From Azolla caroliniana (lineage: Eukaryota > Plantae > Polypodiophyta): 17,551 bases of DNA. The stretch lies in NCBI GenBank assembly GCA_043228905.1, contig JBHGNT010000689.1, positions 1-17,551 of the forward strand, written 5' to 3'. The notes beneath the pieces are model-generated. The model was given only the letters and a program-made list of their open reading frames with translations. It was not told the DNA's origin and did no database searches. Position numbers and translations under genes: made by a program. Shown here in pieces: positions 10,672 to 17,551 of this stretch (positions within the stretch are counted from its first letter, which is position 1; each line of letters opens with the position of its first letter).

Positions 10672-11337
10672 CAAGAAAACGATCAAGAGAGCAAGAAGAA
10701 TCACAGCAATGACTGAATATTTCAGACCTGCTAAGGTTATGGTTATGGCAACTAAAAAGAGCTGCCAGAATATTTGTAAAATAGCTAAACCTAACAAACC
10801 AGTGAGCAGAAGAGCTAAAACGTTCTCAGGTGTCGGATCCACAATCTCCCGCCACTCGATCTGGAAATATCCATCGTTGAATGCAAGAAGCCCTTCAAAA
10901 TCTTCTTCATTTCCCTGCCCTTTCTTCTTAGACGTCGTTTCTTCCTCTTCTTCTCTCCCGCTGCGCCCAAACCATCCCCGGGGAAGCCTAAAAAACTGGA
11001 ATCTTTTCCTAGGAGAAGATTCCCCTCTTGCCTCAGCCGAATATTCCTGTCTAGATGCTCCTGCTTCTACTACTACTTCTTCTTCTTCTTCATCGGGAGT
11101 CTTTGGTGAGGGAATCTCGTCCGAGGATTCCTGAGCAGCACCGGAAGAATCGCTGTCGAGATCGGGGCTTCGATTGGCGAACGTTGGGGGGATGAGAGGG
11201 GAGGGGGCTCGCCGTGTTAAGGAAAGAGAGCGAGAGGGAAGGGAGGAAGGGAATAGGGTTTGATGCTTACCTGCTTGACAGAGGGGCAGAGGAAGGGAGA
11301 GACGAAAGATGTGGCCATGGAGAGCGAGATCCACCAT
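10669..11337 (-). CDS. intronless uncharacterised membrane protein, probably plastid-targeted (222 aa)
   Basis: The ORF-track start at 11415 is TTG; the first in-frame ATG is 11337 (MVDLALHG). The protein has an S/P/R/L-rich, acid-poor N-terminus like a transit peptide, an acidic disordered middle, and a C-terminal W..IVDPTPENVLALLLTGLL...QIFWQLF...LKYSVIAVILLALLIVFL region with 2-3 hydrophobic helices. It resembles a conserved but uncharacterised plant family as I recall it. Confidence 0.8.
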   Translation of the reverse strand: MVDLALHGHIFRLSLPLPLCQAGKHQTLFPSSLPSRSLSLTRRAPSPLIPPTFANRSPDLDSDSSGAAQESSDEIPSPKTPDEEEEEVVVEAGASRQEYSAEARGESSPRKRFQFFRLPRGWFGRSGREEEEETTSKKKGQGNEEDFEGLLAFNDGYFQIEWREIVDPTPENVLALLLTGLLGLAILQIFWQLFLVAITITLAGLKYSVIAVILLALLIVFL

Positions 11338-11459
11338 ATCCTCTTCTTCTTCTTCTTCTTTTCTGCTACAGACAGACAGAAGCAGGGGAAGCAGGGGAGG
11401 TTTCTGGTTTTCCAATATTACAAATATAGCCTCTTCTCTCTCTATTTACAACAAAGTTC

Positions 11460-11926
11460 TAGGAGTCGGTAATGGTTCGGTTTCGGCTTATCTGGTTTGG
11501 CCTTGTCCACACCAAACCGGTTAAGCCTAAACCAGATTAGGATAACCAGTTTGGTCAGACTCGTTAAGCCTAAACTGGTTTAGGAACAGATTAAGCCAAG
11601 CTGATTAAGGCTTAATCGGCTTGGAAATTGATTTGGCCCAAACTAGGTTTCCAAGCTAAGAGTCGGCAATCGATTCCGTTTCGGCTTATCCGGTTTGTCC
11701 TTGTCCAAACCAAACCGGTTAAGCCTAAACAAGTTGGGAGTTTCCAAACCAGTTCCTAAACCGGATTAGGCTAACTGGTTTGGCCCTAATCAATTCTGTT
11801 CAGCTTGAGCCATCCCAAACCGAGCTCAAACCGGTTAGGAAGTTCAGAACCGAACCAAGTTGCCCAACCGTTTAGAAATAGTTAACGGTTCAGTTTAGGC
11901 TTGAGCCGAGCCATTGTCGATTCCTA
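11460..11926. mobile_element. hAT-like MITE with a duplicated left end
   Basis: Imperfect TIRs: TAGGAGTCGGTAATGGTTCGG at the left and TAGGAATCGACAATGGCTCGG (reverse complement) at the right. Many AAACCGG/CCGGTT subterminal motifs. A second copy of the left end starts at 11657. No 8-bp TSD detected. Confidence 0.75.
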
Positions 11927-12129
11927 CTTGAACAAAATAAGTACCATCATCATGGAGAACATAGCGAGGTCACATATCATCATATTCGCCATTTGAATTG
12001 GTGTGTAGGGTGGCATTGAGTTTGGAGTCGTAGTAGTCTTTAGAGCCCTAGATAGAAGGGTTCTATACTTTGTAGTAAGTTATTCATGGTGGTGTTTTTT
12101 CTTTCGTAATGAAAGCCATTATTTACAAG

Positions 12130-12220
12130 GGAGAGAGAGAGAGAGAGAGAGCCCAACTAAGTTTCGAACCCAAGATGTAGTGCTTGTAGTGTAACGATTT
12201 ACCACTAGGGTAAACTAATA
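12130..12220 (-). mobile_element. tRNA-derived SINE-like relic with a (CT)n tail
   Basis: Minus strand carries an A-box-like TACCCTAGTGG (12212-12202) and a B-box GGTTCGAAAC (12170-12161), 42 nt apart, then (CT)n. The cloverleaf is degenerate, so this is not a functional tRNA. Confidence 0.5.
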
Positions 12221-12896
12221 CTAGAGTGAGAGAGAGTCTTCTAAGACCAAATATGCCCATGAGATAATTGGTTACAATAATGAGATGTGTGCCCAATCAT
12301 CGGAAAAAAAAACATAGATAAAAGAATTTTAATGTGGTACAAAAAGATGTTATGGTGTAACATATTCTATAAAGGAAATGACTATGTGTTAGGACTAGTT
12401 TCATTTCTATCCAAGTTTCTTGCAAAGGAGCAAGAGGTCAAAGTGTTTTGATGTGGGTGTGGCCCATGGTCCAGATGTAAAAGGTATCCCGCCCATAGCT
12501 TCTAGGCAGCATAACTCACATTCCCTTATCTTCTTAATTGCTTTTGTACAACGAGTAGCTTTATGGCTTGGTATCCACTTGTGTTTGGTTTTCCTCTTCA
12601 GATGTCACGAACGGGTAGACCAGGACAGGGATAAGTAGGCGAGCTAAATATTAATAGAGAGCGAAAGATAGATATATATAGAGAGAGAGAGAGCATAGAC
12701 AAGAGAACAAGAGAGAGAGAAGGTAGACAAAAGAGCAAGAACTAAATTATGCTTCTATAACTAGTGTTGTTCACCTTTATTGTAATCAAGGTGCACCAAA
12801 GTATTTATACAAGAATGTGGTGGTATGCATGCAAGTTAGGAAACATCTAGAGAGTGCATGGAAACTTCTAGAGAGTGCATGAAGATGCATTCTCTA

Positions 12897-12914
12897 GAAG
12901 TTTCTTGAAAGTTC
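12897..12914. promoter_or_regulatory. heat-shock element, 4 perfect alternating units
   Basis: GAAgtTTCttGAAagTTC in U3, ~90 nt upstream of the LTR TATA box on the element strand. Confidence 0.7.
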
Positions 12915-12969
12915 TAGTGATCAACATAAAATGTAATAAGTTGAAACTTATACAATACAATAATGCATA

Positions 12970-13043
12970 GATGGATGTAGCTCAATTGTTAAGGTTGCCC
13001 AATAAGACCAAGATGTCATGGGTTCAACCTCCTACATTCCATC
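12970..13043 (+). ncRNA. tRNA-like Pol III-type hairpin at the start of the LTR U3, antisense to the element
   Basis: A-box TAGCTCAATTG (12978) and B-box GGTTCAACC (13021), 43 nt apart. Stems: GATGGATGTAG/CTACATTCCATC, AGGTTG/CAACCT, CCCA/TGGG. Transcription is unproven. Confidence 0.45.
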
Positions 13044-13097
13044 GTGTCGATGACATTATCCTCCCTCTAAGGCCGCCTCCCAGAACTCGTTGCTGGC

Positions 13098-15718
13098 TTA
13101 TGTGGGTATCATTAATGAAAATAGCGAATGGCCTCCGGAGCATTTTGTAAATGTGTAATTGGTTCCCATGTGGCGTCCGAAATGGGGTAACCTTTCCATA
13201 AGACCAAATATTGGAGTTGTCGACGACGATATCGAGGGTCGAGGATTTTTGTCAACCTCATATTCTTCGCCCGTCGACAATTCCATAGGTGGCGGTGGAG
13301 GAGGTTGTCGTCTCGGAATTCGAGAAGGATGGTAGAGTTCGATGAGAGAAACGTGAAAAACATTGTGAATCCTGAATGTTGGAGGAAGTGCAAACCAGAA
13401 GGCGCTTGGGTTGATCCACTCGGTGATATGAAAAGGGCCTAGTCTTTTGTAGTCCTATTTTGCACAAGGACGTGTGGTGGCAATGTGGCGACGTAACAAC
13501 CAAACCATGTCCCCAACTACAAACGTCGATGCAGCCAAGCGATGTTGGTCCGCTTGATCTTTATATTGGTCGATAGCGACACAGAGCTCCAAGGAGAGAT
13601 CACGATGGACATCGTGTAAAGCGCGGGCACGCGTCTCTGCCGATGGATTGACCGAAGTTGCAAGTATGGAAATGCTGAAACGAGGGTGAAATCCATAGTT
13701 TGCAAAGAAGGGGGAAATCTTAGTCAAAGCATGGATACTATTATTGTAGGCAAATTCCGCCATTGCAAGGAAGCCCACCCAATCCTCTTGTTGTTAGCTC
13801 ATGCTACACCGAAGGTATTGGTCGAGCATTTGGTTGACTCGTTCCATTTGTCCATCAGTTTGAGGATGATATGTTGAGGACAAGTTTACAAAAGTCCCGA
13901 ATGTTTGTAGAAGTCGTCGCCAAAAGTGGGAAATGAACTCAGAATCTCGATCAGAGGTGATATCCTCGGGTAAGCCATGTAATCGAACAACATTTTTAAG
14001 AAAAAGGTCAGATGTCTCTTCCCCGAAAATGGTTTTGGAACATGGGACAAAGTGAGCCATCTTCGAAAACCGATCGACAATGACTAGCACCGTGTCATGG
14101 CCACCAACCAGAGGGAGGTTAGTGATAAAGTCCATGGATAGAGAGACCCATGGTTGACTTGGAATGGGGAGAGGGTGGAAAAGACCATATGGCTGATGGT
14201 GAGACATTTTGGACCGAGCACATACATCACATTTCTTGATAAATTCCTTGACAAATTTCCAAGGTTGGGGCCACCAAAACACTCAAGATAGCAATTCTAG
14301 GGTTTTCGTGACCCCAAAGTGGCTGGCAAGAGGATCATCATGACAGTTTTGTAGTACTTGTGTCCGACATGATCCTTTGGGAACGTACAAGAGATGATTA
14401 CGATATAGCAACCCATCCCGGGTTGTAAATTGGTTGAGATATGAGCTTTTCATGCCCAAAGATGGGTCATTGATGCGGGCCATGATTTCTTTGGCGAATG
14501 GGTCTGACGTGGTTGTAGTGGAAATCTCGTTGAGCAAAGAATCATCATGCAACATGCAGGTGGCGAACATCTGAAGTTGATCAGGCCGCAACAAACAATG
14601 GGATTGTTGTGAATATGCGTCATCTCCTGGGCGCAATGCAAAATCAGGACACCGAGAGAGGGTATCAACTTTCCCATGTTGAACTCCAGGTCAAAACAAG
14701 ATTTCAAAGTCGTAGTCGATGAGAAAAGATGACCATCGGGCTTGCCTCCGATTCAATGTACGACTGGTGGTGAAGTAAATTAGATTTTTGTGGTCGGTCA
14801 ACACCTGGATGCGATGTTGGGCCCCCGCCAAATAGGGTCACCACTCAGTGAAGGCAGATATGATTGTTGCAAGCTCCTTGTCGTAGACCGGATAATTGAT
14901 TTCCGAGGCGGTAAACTTCCAAGAATAGAAGGTAATAGAATGTAGTGTGCCCTCGTCGTCTGGTTGGGACAAGACAACTCCAATGGCAAAGTTGGAGGCA
15001 TCGATTTCAACTTGGAAGGGCCTTGTGGGGTCGGGGTGGACCAACACTAGGGCTATGAGAAAAGCTGCCTTGAGGGCATCAAAAGCACTTTGCGCCGCAG
15101 AGCTCCAAAGAAATGGAGTATCTTTTCTAGTAAGGATGATTAGAGGTTGCACTAAAGAGGAAAAACCATTGGTAAATCGTTGATAGAAATTTGCAAAATC
15201 GAGAAATGATTGTACCTCTTTCAACTGAGTAGGGATAGGGCAATCGGTTATTGCCGCTACCTTGCATGCATCCATTATGATCCTGATGGGTGAAATCACG
15301 TAGCCTAGGAATTCGCTAGTGGTCCGATCGAATTCACATTTCTCACTTTTGGCATAAAGTCCATGTTCCTGAAGTTTGGATAGAACTAGTCGAACGTGTC
15401 GGGTGTGCTCCTCTATGTTGGAAGAAAATACTAAAATGTTGTCAAGGTAAATCACCAGGAAGTGATCGAGATACTCCCGAAATATATTGTTCATCATGTG
15501 CTGAAAGACCGTCGGGGCGTTAGTGAGACCAAAAGGCATCACCTTGTACTCCAAATGTCCATAGCGTGTTCGAAAGATAGTTTTCCACTCGTCTCCTGGC
15601 TTGATACGCACCAGATTGTAGGCTCCCCTCCCCGTATGTCGATTTTGGAGAAGATACGCCGGGTTCGAAGTCGGTCAAAGAGTGTTGGAATTAAAGGCAA
15701 GGGATAACGATTATGTAC
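13098..15718 (-). pseudogene. gypsy pol pseudogene (RT, RNase H, integrase, chromodomain)
   Basis: Fragments 15539-15724, 14838-15611, 14283-14636, 13794-14282, 13455-13778, 13112-13393 and 13098-13286 contain multiple stops and frameshifts. The RT catalytic motif reads YLDN instead of YLDD. Confidence 0.9.
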
Positions 15719-15723
15719 TGTCA

Positions 15724-15791
15724 TGAGATGGCAAGACTCGAACCCATGACCTTATGGTATATGGGTCGAGCTCTTAACCATCTCACCATCT
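15724..15791 (-). ncRNA. tRNA-like Pol III-type hairpin at the start of the LTR U3, antisense to the element
   Basis: Minus strand: A-box-like TGGTGAGATGG (15788-15778) and B-box GGTTCGAGTC (15744-15735), 44 nt apart. Stems on +: TGAGATGG/CCATCTCA, AAGA/TCTT, CTCG/CGAG, ACCCAT/ATGGGT. Confidence 0.45.
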
Positions 15792-15864
15792 ATTGTAATT
15801 CATAGAATATTATTTTCATTTATGTTTTATTATAAGAAAGTAATGTATATTCCAGATTTCTCTG

Positions 15865-15910
15865 GAACATTCTAGAAGCTTCAGGATTATTCCTGAGAAC
15901 ACTATAAAAG
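15865..15910 (+). promoter_or_regulatory. LTR promoter: perfect 4-unit HSE plus TATA box
   Basis: GAAcaTTCtaGAAgcTTC (15865-15882) followed by TATAAAAG (15903-15910). Confidence 0.75.
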
Positions 15911-16158
15911 AAGGCACTAAGCATTATGTTGAACCAAATTGGTTCAACACCAGTCTTAAGCCTCTTAGTCGATTTGTACTTATCTTTCATATAATATAAG
16001 AGCTGCTGTCATCATCCTATTTCTCTCTCTCTCTCCTCTTCTCACTTCCTCTCTCTCGGGAATCTTACGCAGTCCCGTCCTCTTAGTACTAATAGTACTA
16101 ATAGTACTACTCTTCTTAGTACTAATTCCATCTCTGTTTTAGTACTATTCCTGACAGT

Positions 16159-16170
16159 TTGAACCAATTT
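16159..16170 (+). other. self-priming-type primer-binding site
   Basis: TTGAACCAATTT, just after the LTR end, is the exact complement of AAATTGGTTCAA (15936-15947), which lies 33 nt downstream of the TATA start. There is no TGG tRNA-type PBS. Confidence 0.7.
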
Positions 16171-16223
16171 TCCTCTAGCCTACTTGTCACTCTCCCTCAT
16201 CTTCCTACCCTTTCCCCTATACT

Positions 16224-17381
16224 ATGGCTACTGTTAGCGCCCAAGAATACCAATCCGTTTTCTCCGAGCTACAGTGCCTAAAAGAAAAGTTTGTTGCCTT
16301 GGAACAAGAAAACCAACGGCTGATAGGGGATCTGCAACAAATCGCTCTAGAAAAACAACAAACGCAACAACAACATGGGGAGTTAGCGTTACGGGTACAA
16401 CAACTCGAAGCAGCGTTGCAACAACAAGGATCCAGTCCCCAAGGATTTCATAAAGAGCCCAAGATTGGACTTCCTGTGAAATTTGATGGAACGCGTTCGC
16501 AATTTCGGGGATTCCTTAATCAGGTACGCTTAGTCATCCAGATGCATCCTTCCCGATATCCCACTGATGCATCTCGAGTCGGCCTAATAGGCACGCTACT
16601 TAGCGGCTCAGCCTTGGCATGGTTCGCTCCGCTTCTAGAAAAACAATCGCCCTTGCTTAATAACTTTGAAGATTTTATTGGTGAGTTTAAAGCCTGCTTT
16701 GGAGACACCGACAGCATCAGGACGGCGATCAACAAGATCCGGCGATTGCGTCAAGGCGATCGTCCAGCCTCTGCCTACGCAGCGGATTTCCGCCTACTTG
16801 CTTCAGATATACCCTGGGATGATCAAGCACTAATGGAGCAGTTTCGCTATGGCTTGCGAAACGATGTCAAAGATCTACTTCTAACTTTCCCCGAAGAACC
16901 AAAGTCTCTTACGGAGGCAATCAGTCGAGCAGTTCGATGTGACAACCGCCTTTTTGAACGGCGTTCAGAACGTCAATTACAGATACCACGCTCTAGGCCA
17001 GAGCCCACTTACGCCGCAGTCGCGGCTAAACCGTTTGCACGAGACATACCTCAAGCAAATACTTCGACACCGATGGAGATCGATACCATGCGTCGACGCG
17101 GCCCGTTATCGGAAGAAGAAAAGCAACGACGACGTGCCAATCGATTATGCCTTTATTGCGGTGGACCAGGACATATCGCCATCAATTGTCCCCATAGGCC
17201 AAGAAGACAGGTAAATCAAATTGTCGCCTGTACTAAACCTGAGTCAATTCTTCCCTTCGGAGTGTCTGATAGTAGTAATAGTACTAATAGAGTGTCAGAT
17301 AGTATTCATAGTACTAATAGCCCAAGTATCTCAAATAAATTTGAAATCCTTAGTCAATTAGATGAAGAGTTAAACGATTGA
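16224..17381 (+). CDS. gag: Ty3/gypsy Gag (385 aa): coiled-coil N-terminus, retrotransposon gag/capsid, CCHC knuckle
   Basis: Uninterrupted ORF containing PKIGLPVKFDGTRSQFRGFLNQ, LLSGSALAW, LRQGDRPASAYAADFR, FRYGL, PMEID and CLYCGGPGHIAINC. Confidence 0.93.
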   Translation: MATVSAQEYQSVFSELQCLKEKFVALEQENQRLIGDLQQIALEKQQTQQQHGELALRVQQLEAALQQQGSSPQGFHKEPKIGLPVKFDGTRSQFRGFLNQVRLVIQMHPSRYPTDASRVGLIGTLLSGSALAWFAPLLEKQSPLLNNFEDFIGEFKACFGDTDSIRTAINKIRRLRQGDRPASAYAADFRLLASDIPWDDQALMEQFRYGLRNDVKDLLLTFPEEPKSLTEAISRAVRCDNRLFERRSERQLQIPRSRPEPTYAAVAAKPFARDIPQANTSTPMEIDTMRRRGPLSEEEKQRRRANRLCLYCGGPGHIAINCPHRPRRQVNQIVACTKPESILPFGVSDSSNSTNRVSDSIHSTNSPSISNKFEILSQLDEELND

Positions 17382-17423
17382 GTCCAGCCAAAATAGGAGC
17401 CATTTGGTTGGACAGCAGCCCTA
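17369..17423 (+). other. -1 programmed ribosomal frameshift signal (slippery heptamer plus stem-loop/pseudoknot)
   Basis: G_TTA_AAC in the gag frame, a 6-nt spacer, then an 11-bp stem GTCCAGCCAAA/TTTGGTTGGAC. The -1 frame is open to ...ILALLDSGA. Confidence 0.8.
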
Positions 17424-17551
17424 GATCTGTACAGCCCATTAGTGGTTCCATTCCTTCCAAGCAAGTTAGCAATGTGTTCCTAGCCCAAGTCATTGTTAGT
17501 ACTAAAAGTACTCCCCCAGTACCCATCCTAGCACTTTTAGATTCCGGAGCT
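17372..17551 (+). CDS. pol: pol N-terminus (aspartic protease), -1 frame, partial
   Basis: KRLSPAKIGAIWLDSSPRSVQPISGSIPSKQVSNVFLAQVIVSTKSTPPVPILALLDSGA with no stop; DSG active-site motif. Confidence 0.85.

Larger units (their letters stand above)
12603..13055 (-). repeat. 3' LTR (453 bp) of the minus-strand chromovirus
   Basis: Starts TGTCATCGA directly after the PPT and ends TCGTGACA. TATAAATA at 12809-12802, with a (CT)n-rich R/U5. Confidence 0.85.
12603..15718 (-). mobile_element. Ty3/gypsy chromovirus (Tcn1-like), decayed; 3' part, interrupted in RT by a nested element
   Basis: Gypsy order RT-RH-IN-chromodomain: RYPLPLI, KIDIRG, WKTIFRTRYGHLEYKVMPFGLTNAP, DASNFAIG, HDDPLASHFG..CDVC, SMDFITNLP, YHPQTDGQMER, EEYEVDK/LQYLVLWKGYPISDATWEP. 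Followed by PPT TTAGAGGGAGGATAA (13070-13056) and a 3' LTR. Confidence 0.93.
15719..16156 (+). repeat. 5' LTR (438 bp) of the nested gypsy element
   Basis: TGTCA...TGACA termini. Begins exactly where the host RT frame is cut. TATAAAAG at 15903, a CT-rich tract, and TAGTACTA repeats. Confidence 0.85.
15719..17551 (+). mobile_element. younger Ty3/gypsy (Tcn1/Tf1-sushi-like) element nested in the older chromovirus; continues beyond the window
   Basis: 5' LTR, non-tRNA PBS, intact gag, -1 frameshift signal and the start of the aspartic protease (ALLDSGA at the window end). Confidence 0.92.

Noticed and set aside
10409-10716. Short plus-strand ORFs with repeating LYxHHE motifs
   Set aside because: They are translations of the tandem array; unit lengths do not keep frame and no protein family is recognisable.
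11338-11415. N-terminal extension MENQKPP...EEEEED of the 248-aa ORF
   Set aside because: It begins at TTG and runs through a GAA-repeat leader; the first ATG is 11337.
10709-11524. Plus-strand ORFs opposite the membrane protein gene
   Set aside because: Antisense shadows rich in poly-Ser/Phe from TCT repeats.
12407-12600. ~63 open codons on the minus strand next to the LTR end (KRKTKHKW...CELCC...)
   Set aside because: No recognisable motif, start or splice support; the length is compatible with chance.
12970-13043. Functional tRNA genes here, at 15724-15791 and at 12151-12220
   Set aside because: No proper acceptor/anticodon cloverleaf can be drawn; reported only as tRNA-like modules.
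15661-15672. GGGTTCGAAGTC B-box-like motif
   Set aside because: Lies within RT coding sequence on the opposite strand with no A-box; likely chance.
16224-17381. Domesticated PEG10/RTL-like host gene
   Set aside because: It is preceded by an LTR and PBS and followed by a frameshifted protease, so it is an ordinary element gag.

Overview
Eukaryotic, repeat-rich land-plant DNA, probably a seed-free plant such as a fern or lycophyte (inferred from Tcn1-like chromoviruses and GA/CT microsatellites). Left to right: (1) a decayed plus-strand Ty1/copia element (1-3984) that ends 5 bp from the PBS of an opposite-strand LTR (4002-~4784), which is itself interrupted by an AT-rich MITE; (2) a LINE 3' remnant; (3) a four-exon gene for a secreted single-pass EGF-repeat membrane protein (5698-8187, +); (4) an intronless, probably plastid-targeted membrane protein gene (10669-11337, -) with a degenerate ~60-bp tandem array directly after its stop and a hAT-like MITE upstream; (5) a tRNA-derived SINE-like relic; (6) a decayed minus-strand chromodomain Ty3/gypsy element (12603-15718) whose RT is interrupted by a younger plus-strand gypsy element (15719 onward) with an intact gag and a -1 frameshift into protease. 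Most notable: both divergent gypsy LTRs begin with an antisense, tRNA-like (Pol III A/B-box) covarying hairpin and carry a perfect 4-unit heat-shock element, and the younger element has a Tf1-like self-priming PBS.
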